NCBI GenBank assembly: GCA_042565955.1 | Contig: JBHORG010000004.1 | Span: 31,677 to 95,676 of the forward strand | Direction: 5' to 3' | Source: Thermoproteota archaeon | GTDB taxonomy: Archaea; Thermoproteota; Bathyarchaeia; Bathyarchaeales; Bathyarchaeaceae | Length of the DNA stretch: 64,000 nt | The notes under the pieces: model-generated | Seen by the model: the letters and a program-made list of their open reading frames with translations, nothing else | What the model was told of the DNA's origin: nothing | Databases searched by the model: none | Program-made: the position numbers and the translations under genes | Shown here: positions 20,969 to 30,450 of the stretch, piece by piece | Layout: each line of letters opens with the position of its first letter | Numbering within the stretch: the stretch's first letter is position 1

Positions 20969-23098
20969 GTGTCCTTTTTCTTAGGTAAACAGCAAGGAAC
21001 CGGAACTTCAGTTGAATTGCCGGTGGACGCTCTCCATCGACATTTGATGGCACTTGGAGCCAGCGGTTCAGGCAAAACCGTGCTCTGTAAATGTATAATT
21101 GAAGAAGCAATACGTCATAATATTCCTGTGGTTATAGTTGATCCGCAAGGTGATATCTCTTCGCTCGCCCTGAAAGGAGATCCTGAAACGATGGAAAGCC
21201 ATGGAATACCTCTTACCATGCAGGAGGAGTATTTCGAAAAGGCTCGAATCGCAATATTTACACCCGCTAGCAGCAAAGGTATTCCCATCAGTGTTAATCC
21301 ACTTTCGTTTCCCTCAGAGGACACTCCTCATGAAGAGGCAATTCTAGCCATCGATTTGACTGCTACTTCTCTCTCAAGCTTCCTCGGATACGACTTGGAC
21401 TCAGATGCTGGAAAAGGAGCTAAAGTCTATTTGTTCACCATTCTGGAGCATCTATGGAGAAAAGGAGAAACTATCAAAGACATGGCACACATGGCCGAAA
21501 TCGTACTTAATCCTCCTTCAGAAATTGAAACATTATTACAAAGTTTTGTTACAAAGAGGGAACCTCAAGAAATCGCCCGTAAATTACGATTTCTTACTGT
21601 GGGGACTCCATCTCTAATGTTTCAAAAGGGTGTCAAAATCGACATGGACATGTTCATGGATAAAACCGACGGAAAAGTACCCCTTAACATAATCTATATG
21701 AACACTCTTAGCTCCACAAATGACAAACAGTTCTTCCTTGCCACTCTTCTTCGAGAGCTTTATTGTTGGATGCTAAAAAATCCCTCAGAAGACATCCAAT
21801 TGCTCTTTTACGTCGACGAAATAGCACCTTATATTCCACCATATCCTCGAAATCCTCCACCAAAAGAGGCCTATGCATTGCTCTTCAAACAAGCAAGAAA
21901 ATATGGTGTTGGACTCTTGGCTGCAACTCAAAATATAACCGACATCGACTACAAGGCACTTTCACAAGTTAACACTTGGTGTTTAGGTCGCATGATGACC
22001 CGTCAAGACATTGGAAGAGTAAAACAGATTATTCAATCGATTGATCCAACCCACGCTGAAAATGTTCTTCAGAAACTTCCAAAACTCCGAACAGGAGAAT
22101 TCCTCATGCTATCTCCTGATGTCTACGACGACGTAATGAATTTTCAAGTTCGGTGGCTAGTAACAGATCACCTGACAATGAATGAGCAAGATATCACAGG
22201 GTCAATATTGCCTGAAACAAATCAGTTCTTCCTGAAATTTCAGACTCTACAAGAACAAAAAGAAAAAAAACCGAAACCTGTTTTGCTACCTGTGCTGGAA
22301 AAATCGCTTGGTGAACGAATAAAATTACTACTCAACTCTGTAAGACGAAGCGTTTCCGTAGAATATGTTGCAGAAAACCTAAACGTTCTTGCCAAAGATA
22401 CAGAAAAGGTGCTTAACTCACTTGTCAGATCTAAAATTGTAAAGAAAAGTAAAGTAAGAGGCACCGAAGAATACCTGTATTGGCTATCTAAATTCGGTTT
22501 TGAGCCCTCCAAGAATGTTTTGGGAGAAGTTTTAGCTATTCCTATAAGAATAACTCAAGTTGAGGCCTTCAAGAGAGTAAAATCCTGTCTCGAAGGTGGG
22601 CTATTCATAAAAAATGAGGAAGTCTATGAAGTAAATTTTTCTCATATGTCAATTTGGAAGGTTTCAGCAACTCGCAAGGCCATGCGATTATTCTTCTTTA
22701 AAAAAGAAGAAGTAGACACCTACTACTTGAGCGCAACAACCGGAGCAATGATCTCTCTTGAAAAAGGTGTGATGCTGTTTCACAAGTTGATGACAAAGAG
22801 TGCTGGAAAATTAAAAGACTTGGACGATGACGATGACATTGCCTTTATTCCCCGTCTTCCCAAGGAAATTCCTCGAATTCCTAAAATAAAGATCGGAAAA
22901 GACGAAATATACTCAAAATTAAGGTTAACGTTTGGAGTCACACCTGTCTTCTCTGAAATTGTTCTATTGCCTATCTGGACCATTAAAATAAGACACAAAA
23001 AGAAAAAGAAAAAGCGTTCAATCATAATTGATGCAGCAACGGGACGCAGGATAGTTGGGCATTTCAAACCGGAACGTAAATCTACCAGAAAACAGTGA
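20969..23098 (+). CDS. HerA/FtsK-family ATPase with winged HTH and duplicated C-terminal domain
   Basis: GASGSGKT, DPQGD, YVDE, QARKYG...ATQ; SVEYVAENL...LNSLVRSKIV helix-turn-helix. Confidence 0.85.
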   Translation: MSFFLGKQQGTGTSVELPVDALHRHLMALGASGSGKTVLCKCIIEEAIRHNIPVVIVDPQGDISSLALKGDPETMESHGIPLTMQEEYFEKARIAIFTPASSKGIPISVNPLSFPSEDTPHEEAILAIDLTATSLSSFLGYDLDSDAGKGAKVYLFTILEHLWRKGETIKDMAHMAEIVLNPPSEIETLLQSFVTKREPQEIARKLRFLTVGTPSLMFQKGVKIDMDMFMDKTDGKVPLNIIYMNTLSSTNDKQFFLATLLRELYCWMLKNPSEDIQLLFYVDEIAPYIPPYPRNPPPKEAYALLFKQARKYGVGLLAATQNITDIDYKALSQVNTWCLGRMMTRQDIGRVKQIIQSIDPTHAENVLQKLPKLRTGEFLMLSPDVYDDVMNFQVRWLVTDHLTMNEQDITGSILPETNQFFLKFQTLQEQKEKKPKPVLLPVLEKSLGERIKLLLNSVRRSVSVEYVAENLNVLAKDTEKVLNSLVRSKIVKKSKVRGTEEYLYWLSKFGFEPSKNVLGEVLAIPIRITQVEAFKRVKSCLEGGLFIKNEEVYEVNFSHMSIWKVSATRKAMRLFFFKKEEVDTYYLSATTGAMISLEKGVMLFHKLMTKSAGKLKDLDDDDDIAFIPRLPKEIPRIPKIKIGKDEIYSKLRLTFGVTPVFSEIVLLPIWTIKIRHKKKKKKRSIIIDAATGRRIVGHFKPERKSTRKQ

Positions 23099-23157
23099 TT
23101 TAATCAATTGACTTAAACGTTTTTAATTAAAAAAAATTTGATAAGAAGTGAGCGACT

Positions 23158-23325
23158 GTGAATGCAGAAGATGAATTGGTTTCCAAACTTAAACAAGAAA
23201 TAGGTAAGACTTTGCCTCCAATGTTCAGTGGAATGGCAGAGAACATGCTAGAAAACAACAAAGACGTAATTATTAACTGGCTAAAAGACAACAAAGACTT
23301 AGTAAATCAAGTAATCGAAAGCTAA
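23158..23325 (+). CDS. 55-aa hypothetical protein (not in ORF track)
   Basis: GTG start; MNAEDELVSKLKQEIGKTLPPMFSGMAENMLENNKDVIINWLKDNKDLVNQVIES; AT-rich promoter-like stretch upstream. Confidence 0.6.
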   Translation: MNAEDELVSKLKQEIGKTLPPMFSGMAENMLENNKDVIINWLKDNKDLVNQVIES

Positions 23326-23467
23326 ATTCCACAACTTATTACGTAAACCTAAGATTTATTTTAGTACCTTGGTGAAAAAGCACATTAGGGCAAAAAGGAA
23401 TGAATAATTAGTAAAATTTGAAGTTTTTCCAAGGTGCTCACAAGAAACCTCCAAACAAATTTGGTGG

Positions 23468-23911
23468 TTAAACCATCTCAATTTCTGTTTGGCTTAGCTC
23501 CAGTTTTGCTTTTACAAGTTTTTCATAGAGTGCCACAACTTTGGTGGCGTTCTTGTTAACTACAGCTTTAAATATATCGCCTTCGATTTCAGCCACTTCT
23601 AAACGTTGGTAATATTCTAGTGATTCCTTGAAGTGCGCCAGAACGATTTTTCCAGTTATTATCGGATGGTTATTTGTGACGTTGGCCTCTTGGAACCTAA
23701 TCCCATGTTCAAGTTCGACTTCTAGTCCCAGCGTAAAATCCTTAAGTTTGATATTCATTTCTCCGGTATCAAGTTCAGCCAATATTATTTTTGCTTCTTT
23801 GGGTAGTACTTGAGCCTTTTTCAGCAGGGTCCAGTCTCTAATATTAAGTTCAGCACAAATTCTCTGCACTTCTTTCACGGAAACATAATCAGGGAGCTTC
23901 ATACAATTCAC
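23468..23911 (-). CDS. DUF5661-like protein
   Basis: GLEVELEHG...VTN.....GKIVLAH..E...YYQRL. Confidence 0.7.
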   Translation of the reverse strand: MNCMKLPDYVSVKEVQRICAELNIRDWTLLKKAQVLPKEAKIILAELDTGEMNIKLKDFTLGLEVELEHGIRFQEANVTNNHPIITGKIVLAHFKESLEYYQRLEVAEIEGDIFKAVVNKNATKVVALYEKLVKAKLELSQTEIEMV

Positions 23912-24170
23912 TACCTAATACTTAGGTCATAATCCATTAAAGAGTTGCCGCTTAGATGCATATGTCCTCTTTTTCAAGAATATTGATCAAGAATTCTTTT
24001 CCCACTTTTTTGTAAATATGCGGTTTTTAAATTTGTTGGCCCAGAAACCTATATAGTAAAGTTAATAGGACAGCTCATCGTCACTCATGCTAGTTCACAT
24101 TATCAAAAGTACATGTAAATCCTCATAATGTGACAAAAACATGCTGACAGGACTTTAGGATCGTAAAAAT

Positions 24171-24440
24171 ATGGGAAGAATAATAATTGCATATAAGATT
24201 TTTCCATCAGAATCAACAGTTGACCTTGAATTGTTAAAAGAAAAAATTAAGACACAACTATCAGATATTGCTTCGATTCAAAAATTCGCTAAAGAACCTA
24301 TAGCTTTCGGTTTATGTGCCTTGATTGTTAACATGGTTTTACCCGAAGATGTAGAAGGAATTCTGGACAAAACAGAGAAAAGATTAACTGAAATGGAAGA
24401 AGTAGGTCAAATACAAACTCTAGGGGTCAATAGACTCTAG
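24171..24440 (+). CDS. ef1b: Translation elongation factor aEF-1beta
   Basis: KIFP.S..VDL, EPIAFGL; 89 aa. Confidence 0.93.
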   Translation: MGRIIIAYKIFPSESTVDLELLKEKIKTQLSDIASIQKFAKEPIAFGLCALIVNMVLPEDVEGILDKTEKRLTEMEEVGQIQTLGVNRL

Positions 24441-24520
24441 GTTTCATCAAAGTTTATATATTGATAGTCTCCTTCGAAAAATGTGGAGCTTCATGATTAT
24501 ACATAAAGGAAGGAAAACGA

Positions 24521-26692
24521 GTGAGCGAAATACAGCTTAAAGTAGAAGACGCTAGACAACGTGACGTTTATAGAGGAATCGCTAGAATCGACCAGCAGAC
24601 GATGAAAAAATTGGGCATCTCAGCGGGCGACGTAATAGAAATTGTGGGAAAAAGAAACACCGCTGCTATAGCCTGGCCAGCATACTCTGAAGACCAAAAC
24701 AGAAACATTATCCGAATCGACGGATTCACCCGCAAAAACGCGGGAGTTGCAATGCACGAACTAGTCATAATTCGTTCAGCTCAGGTAACTAACGCAACAA
24801 CTGTAGTTCTAGCTCCTATCGATATGAAACTAAACGTTGATGAAGACTTCACTAACTTTGTGAAAAACAGGCTTATGGAAAGAACCTTTGTGGAAGGTGA
24901 CACCACTCTAGTTATGATGTTAGGCCACGCCATTCCTTTTCGTGTAACCAAATCTCGTCCTAATGGAATCGTGAGAATCAGCCATGGTACAAACGTCCAG
25001 ATAATGGCTGAACCAGCTCCTGAAACAAAAGGTATGCCTCGTACCACATATGAGGACATAGGAGGACTCCACGAGGAGATTCAACGTATTCGAGAGATGG
25101 TTGAACTTCCGTTACGACACCCAGAACTGTTCCAAAGGCTTGGAATAGAGCCCCCAAAAGGAGTACTGCTGCATGGACCTCCGGGATGTGGAAAAACACT
25201 TCTAGCACGGGCTGTTGCAAACGAATCTGAAGCTAGTTTCTACTCAATAAATGGTCCAGAAATAATGAGTAAGTTTTACGGAGAATCTGAGGCTAGACTC
25301 CGTGAGATGTTTCAGCAGGCTCAGAAGAATGCTCCTAGCATCGTCTTTATTGATGAGCTTGACGCTATTGCGCCTAAAAGAGAAGAGGTTACTGGAGAAG
25401 TGGAGAGACGTGTTGTTGCTCAACTTCTGGCTTTGATGGATGGGCTTGCAGGAAGAGGATATCTTATTGTCATAGGCGCCACAAACAGACCTGAAGCCCT
25501 TGATCCAGCGTTAAGAAGACCTGGACGTTTTGATAGGGAAATCGAGATCGGCGTACCTGATAAAAAAGGGCGATATGAAATAATGCAGATTCACACTAGG
25601 GGTATGCCTCTAACAGATGATGTTGATTTAGATAAACTAGCAAAGATGTCTCATGGTTATACTGGGGCAGATTTATCGGCTTTAGGCCGTGAAACTGCGA
25701 TGAAAGCGTTACGTAGGTACCTGCCCGAAATTAATCTAGATGAAGAACGCGTTCCTCCTAGTGTTCTAGAGAAAATGGAAGTTAGAATGGAAGACTTCCT
25801 AAACGCGTACCGAGAAATTACACCGACTGCCATGAGAGAAGTCTATATAGAAGTGCCTACTGTTCGTTGGACAGACATCGGCGGTTTGGAAACCATTAAA
25901 TCGGATCTCAAGGAGGCTGTTGAGTGGCCACTCAAGAATCCAGACGTTTTCACTAGAATGGGAATACGACCACCAAAAGGCATAATGCTTTATGGGCCTC
26001 CGGGCTGTGGGAAAACTCTGCTTGCTAGGGCAGTAGCCACAGAAAGTGAAGCAAACTTCATAACAATAAAAGGACCAGAAGTCTTTTCAAAGTGGGTTGG
26101 CGAATCAGAAAAGGCTATTCGAGAGGTTTTCCGGAAGGCAAGAATGGCTTCACCAACTGTCATATTCTTTGACGAATTTGACTCCCTCGTTCCAGGAAGA
26201 GGCATGGGATATTCTGGCAGTGGAGTCACAGAACGGGTTATCAGCCAACTTCTAACAGAGTTGGATGGAGTCATAACGTTGGAGGATGTTGTTATTATCG
26301 CTGCAACAAACAGACCCGACATGGTGGACCCTGCAATTCTTCGACCTGGAAGGTTCGATCGATTAATATATGTACCAGAACCCGAAAAAGAGAGTCGGTT
26401 GGAGATCTTCAAAATCTTCACCAAGAAGATGCCATTGGCGAAGGATGTTGACATGTCCATTTTGGTTACTCAGACGAAGAAATATTCTGGAGCTGACATT
26501 GAAGCGGTTTGTAGAGAGGCTGGACTGAATGCCTTGCGAAGGGACATAAACGCTAAGCAAGTCAATGCTGATGATTTCAAGAAAGCAACCGAAAAAATAG
26601 GGCCCTCTATAATGCCGAATATGGAGGCTTGGTATAAAGGTTTCATGAAGAATGCTCGCAAGTTGAAGAAACCGACAACACCTGTAGCATAG
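24521..26692 (+). CDS. cdc48: CDC48/VCP-family AAA+ ATPase
   Basis: Two AAA modules (GPPGCGKT twice, DELD/DEFD, ATNRP...RPGRFDR). Confidence 0.98.
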   Translation: MSEIQLKVEDARQRDVYRGIARIDQQTMKKLGISAGDVIEIVGKRNTAAIAWPAYSEDQNRNIIRIDGFTRKNAGVAMHELVIIRSAQVTNATTVVLAPIDMKLNVDEDFTNFVKNRLMERTFVEGDTTLVMMLGHAIPFRVTKSRPNGIVRISHGTNVQIMAEPAPETKGMPRTTYEDIGGLHEEIQRIREMVELPLRHPELFQRLGIEPPKGVLLHGPPGCGKTLLARAVANESEASFYSINGPEIMSKFYGESEARLREMFQQAQKNAPSIVFIDELDAIAPKREEVTGEVERRVVAQLLALMDGLAGRGYLIVIGATNRPEALDPALRRPGRFDREIEIGVPDKKGRYEIMQIHTRGMPLTDDVDLDKLAKMSHGYTGADLSALGRETAMKALRRYLPEINLDEERVPPSVLEKMEVRMEDFLNAYREITPTAMREVYIEVPTVRWTDIGGLETIKSDLKEAVEWPLKNPDVFTRMGIRPPKGIMLYGPPGCGKTLLARAVATESEANFITIKGPEVFSKWVGESEKAIREVFRKARMASPTVIFFDEFDSLVPGRGMGYSGSGVTERVISQLLTELDGVITLEDVVIIAATNRPDMVDPAILRPGRFDRLIYVPEPEKESRLEIFKIFTKKMPLAKDVDMSILVTQTKKYSGADIEAVCREAGLNALRRDINAKQVNADDFKKATEKIGPSIMPNMEAWYKGFMKNARKLKKPTTPVA

Positions 26693-26719
26693 TAAGATAT
26701 TTAGGAGCGAAAAATTGAC

Positions 26720-26950
26720 ATGATAAAAACTTGGAAACCTCATCCATTGCATACACAGATAAAGGAGTTTCTTGAGCGGAAGGGGCCAATGACTGATCTT
26801 GAGTTGTTTGATTTGTTGAAGGGGACTCACGAAGGTGTAGGATTTAGCGAACTGAACAAGACTCTGATGAAGATGGAAATTCAAGGGAGCTTGTTTGTTT
26901 CAACTCGTACAAAAGGGAAAAGAAGAGTTGAATTAGTCGAACGAGGCTAA
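26720..26950 (+). CDS. Small winged-helix protein
   Basis: MTDLELFDLL...ELNKTLMKMEIQG..V pattern; operon position between cdc48 and fen. Confidence 0.75.
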   Translation: MIKTWKPHPLHTQIKEFLERKGPMTDLELFDLLKGTHEGVGFSELNKTLMKMEIQGSLFVSTRTKGKRRVELVERG

Positions 26951-27010
26951 GAGACGCTCTCGGACCTCTTTGTGGGTCAGGCTTTAACCCGTATTTGGTG
27001 GCGTTGAACT

Positions 27011-28045
27011 TTGGGTGTAAATTTGAGGGTGTTGCTGCCTAAAACAAAGGTTGATTTCAAGAGCCTAAACGGGAAATCTGTGGCCATCGACGCATATAAT
27101 GCCCTTTATCAGTTTTTGGCAATCATTCGTCAGCCAGACGGCACACCTTTGAAGGATCGTTCTGGCAGAATAACAAGTCATCTAAGTGGTTTATTTTATC
27201 GAACTGCAAAACTAGTTGAGATGGGTGTCAAAGTTGCCTACGTTTTTGATGGCGTTCCACCAGCTCTTAAGGAGGCGGAGATTAAACGCAGAGCTAGAGT
27301 CAAAGCAGAGGCACTTGTCAAGTATGAACAAGCCATTCGAGAAGGAAAAATGGAGAAGGCACGAACCTATGCTCAAATGACTTCAAAACTCAAAAACTAT
27401 ATGCCTGATGACTCAAAACGGCTTCTCAGCGAAATGGGTGTTCCATGGATTCAAGCACCGTCTGAAGGAGAAGCCCAAGCTGCCTATCTAACAACAAAGG
27501 GTGATGCTGACTACTGTTCCAGCCAAGATTACGACAGTCTTCTTTTTGGAGCAAGTGCTCTTGTGAGAAACGTTACTATAAGTGGTAGACGAAAGATCCC
27601 CCGAAAACGTCTTTACGTTGAAGTAGTACCAGAGATTATGAAACTTGATCATGTTCTCAAAGAGTTAGATATCACTCGTGAACAGCTAATAGATGTGGCA
27701 ATTTTAGTGGGAACCGACTTCAATCCTGATGGCGTGAAAGGCATAGGACCAAAAACCGCTCTAAAACTTATCCAGAAACATGGAAGTATCGAAGAGGTTA
27801 TTCCTGAGTTGAAAGATGCCACGTTTCCGTCTGAACCAAAAAAAATACGTGAAATCTTTCTTTACCCAAAAGTTACGAATAACTATAATCTGGAATGGAA
27901 ACCACCCAATGTCGATGGGGTGGTGGATTTTCTTTGTCGCGAGAGAGACTTTTCTGAGGAACGTGTGTGTAGATCCCTCAAGAAAATGGCTGAGGGAATA
28001 AAGGAAGCAAAAAGTAAAACAACTCTTGAAACTTGGTTCGGCTAG
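27011..28045 (+). CDS. fen: Flap endonuclease 1
   Basis: MGV start, DAYNALYQFL, APSEGEAQAA, SQDYDSLLFG, GTDFN, C-terminal PIP-like TLETWF. Confidence 0.97.
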   Translation: MGVNLRVLLPKTKVDFKSLNGKSVAIDAYNALYQFLAIIRQPDGTPLKDRSGRITSHLSGLFYRTAKLVEMGVKVAYVFDGVPPALKEAEIKRRARVKAEALVKYEQAIREGKMEKARTYAQMTSKLKNYMPDDSKRLLSEMGVPWIQAPSEGEAQAAYLTTKGDADYCSSQDYDSLLFGASALVRNVTISGRRKIPRKRLYVEVVPEIMKLDHVLKELDITREQLIDVAILVGTDFNPDGVKGIGPKTALKLIQKHGSIEEVIPELKDATFPSEPKKIREIFLYPKVTNNYNLEWKPPNVDGVVDFLCRERDFSEERVCRSLKKMAEGIKEAKSKTTLETWFG

Positions 28046-28051
28046 TGGCAA

Positions 28052-28757
28052 TTACGGTTCAAATCCATGCTTCCCAATTAAAGGTACGAATGTAACTCCT
28101 CCCAAGTTCTCTTCAATGATTTTTCCATTCATTTTTTTGATTCTAACCAATGTTTGGTAGAACTGGACACCACCAACCGGAACAAGAAATATTCCTCTAT
28201 TATCTAATTGTTCAACCAATGGCTTTGGGACCGCCGGAGCAGCGGCCACAACTAAGATGCGATCATATGGAGCCTCTTCCTGATACCCCAGTGTTCCATC
28301 CTGATGGATTACTGTAATTCTGTTTTCATACCCTGCCTTCGCAATGTTTTTTTTGGCAAAGGTAGCTAATTCAGGGATTCTTTCCAGTGTATAGACGTGC
28401 CCCCACTCTTCTTTCGTTTCATTCGAGGGAGCCACTATCTCGGCAATTGTGGATGCGTGCCAGCCTGAACCTGTACCCACCTCTAGAACCTTATGTCCCA
28501 CTTCCAGTTCAAGAGCTTCATCCATTATGGATACCATGTTTCGCCCAGTTGACCGCACTGTGTCAACTGAGAGGCGCGGAAGCTGTTTGCCCTGAGCCTA
28601 TTGGAAGCGGGCAGTCCATGGCCGCATTTGCTTTCACGTTTTCAGGAAGAAACGGTTCTCTTGGAACATGACGCAACGCCCTAATAACATTTGGCGAGCA
28701 GAGAATGTTACGTCTAACCAATTTTTGGATCAGTCCTTCCCAATCCTGGTGATTCAT
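28052..28757 (-). CDS. pcm: Protein-L-isoaspartate O-methyltransferase, two exons: 28757..28571 and 28539..28052 (224 aa after splicing)
   Basis: VPREPF, PIGSGQTASAP|HMV, VLEVGTGSGW, DGTLG...APYDRI, VTFVPLIG. 187+488=675 nt, in frame only after removing 28540-28570. Confidence 0.92.
28540..28570 (-). other. 31-nt bulge-helix-bulge (BHB) intron in the pcm mRNA
   Basis: mRNA: G-CGCC-UC^U-CAGUUGAC-ACAGUGCG-GUCAACUG-GGCG-AA^A-C. 4-bp helix CGCC/GGCG, two 3-nt bulges, perfect 8-bp intron stem. Confidence 0.88.
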
Positions 28758-28938
28758 TTTTCACTCCTCCTTATAATATGTCAATCCGTGTGCATTAAGA
28801 GTTTACTTGGCATCTAGTTTAGAACGTAATGATATTTTTGAGAATCAACCTGAAGCTACTTTGGTCCAAAATTCAGTATGTTTTATAATGTGGTATCCTT
28901 TTTGAATAGGAGTTGTCGTCAACTTTCAGTGAGGTTTA

Positions 28939-29523
28939 TTGTTGTTCATAGAATGTTTCAAAGTTGGTTGGTTAGCCACCAACTGTTATGTTGTAGGATG
29001 CAGAGAAACCAAAGAAGCGGTTATTATTGATCCTGGACTAGAAACTGAAATTGAAACTAAAAAGATTTTGGATGTTATAAAACAAAACGATTTCCATGTA
29101 AAATACATCATAAACACTCATGGACACCATGACCACATATCCGGAAACAACATCATAAAAGAGGCAACAAACGCTCCCATACTCATACATGAAAGCCACT
29201 CTGGACATGTAAATGCAGACCAGAAGCTCCACGAGGGAGATGTAATACAAGTAGGCAATTACAAGTTGGCTGTTCTTCATACGCCTGGACACACACCAGA
29301 TGGTATAAGCCTCTTAGGAGACAATGTTGTTTTCACGGGAGACACCCTCTTCGCTGGGGCTATCGGCAGAACTGACTTTCCAGGAGGATCATTCCAAGAG
29401 ATAATACAGTCAATCAGAAGAAAGCTTTTGGTTCTGCCTGACCACTTCATAGTCTATCCTGGACATGAGTCCTCTTCTAATGTAGGTGACGAAAAAAAAT
29501 ACAATCCTTTCCTACAAATGTAA
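28939..29523 (+). CDS. MBL-fold metallo-hydrolase (glyoxalase II-like)
   Basis: THGHHDH, HTPGHT, FTGDTLF, GRTDFPGG, PGH. Confidence 0.92.
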   Translation: MLFIECFKVGWLATNCYVVGCRETKEAVIIDPGLETEIETKKILDVIKQNDFHVKYIINTHGHHDHISGNNIIKEATNAPILIHESHSGHVNADQKLHEGDVIQVGNYKLAVLHTPGHTPDGISLLGDNVVFTGDTLFAGAIGRTDFPGGSFQEIIQSIRRKLLVLPDHFIVYPGHESSSNVGDEKKYNPFLQM

Positions 29524-29547
29524 CCAATATGCCAAAGGAGGTAGACC

Positions 29548-30441
29548 ATGGAAATTGAGCTGACCAGATCAATGGGTCCATTTAGCTTAGAGCACACTTT
29601 AGATTGTGGTCAACTTTTTCGATGGAAAAAACTGGATGATTGGTGGTATGGCGTTGTTGCAGACAGTGTGATTAAGATGAAACAGTGTAACGAACGGCTG
29701 ATTTTTCATGTTATTCCAGAAATCCCAAATCGTGAGTTCATAATGAATTATTTGCGATTAGACGACGACCTATCAGCTATTTTCTCTGAAATAGACAAAG
29801 ACGAGCACATGAAAGAGGCGATCAGGCTTTTCAGTGGATTGAGATTATGTAGACAAACACCATGGGAATGCCTCATCTCTTACATTTGTGCAACATACAA
29901 AAGTATCCCAGCCATTAAAAGAATGATCAATGGTATCTCTCAACGGTTCGGAAAGGAATTGACTTTTGATGACTACACTTTTTACACGTTTCCAAAGCCG
30001 ACAGACCTAGCACACGTTAGCCAAAAAGAACTGCGAAGTTGTGGTTTAGGTTTCAGGGCTGAGCGGATTTTGGAGACCGCAAAAACTGTTGCCCATGGAA
30101 GATTTTCCCTTGAATCTTTGAAGAGCATGACCTATTTAGATGCTAAGCGAATGCTTTTGGATTTACCTGGAGTGGGACATAAAGTTGCTGACTGTGTTCT
30201 ATTATTTTCTTTAGAGAAGCTTGAGGCTTTTCCCATTGATGTGTGGATGAAACGGGCAATCACAAGCTTCTATGCAACCCATTTTGACTCTTCATTCATT
30301 AAGAGAATTACTAGGAAAGGCTCACCCACAACTAAGGAATATAAAACAATTGGTTCTTTCGGGAGGGAATATTTTGGAAGATACGCAGGATACGCACAGG
30401 AATACTTGTTTCACCTATTGCGTACTCAACAGAAATTCTAA
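29548..30441 (+). CDS. 8-oxoguanine DNA glycosylase, OGG1-like
   Basis: TLDCGQLFRW, PWECLISYIC, LGFRA, LPGVGHKVADC, FPIDVW, YAGYAQEYLF. Confidence 0.92.
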   Translation: MEIELTRSMGPFSLEHTLDCGQLFRWKKLDDWWYGVVADSVIKMKQCNERLIFHVIPEIPNREFIMNYLRLDDDLSAIFSEIDKDEHMKEAIRLFSGLRLCRQTPWECLISYICATYKSIPAIKRMINGISQRFGKELTFDDYTFYTFPKPTDLAHVSQKELRSCGLGFRAERILETAKTVAHGRFSLESLKSMTYLDAKRMLLDLPGVGHKVADCVLLFSLEKLEAFPIDVWMKRAITSFYATHFDSSFIKRITRKGSPTTKEYKTIGSFGREYFGRYAGYAQEYLFHLLRTQQKF

Positions 30442-30450
30442 TAACCTGTT

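Noticed and set aside
28052-28757. pcm as an ordinary frameshifted pseudogene or two genes
   Set aside because: The break is a precise 31-nt insertion with BHB geometry whose canonical excision restores the His codon, and both halves look intact.
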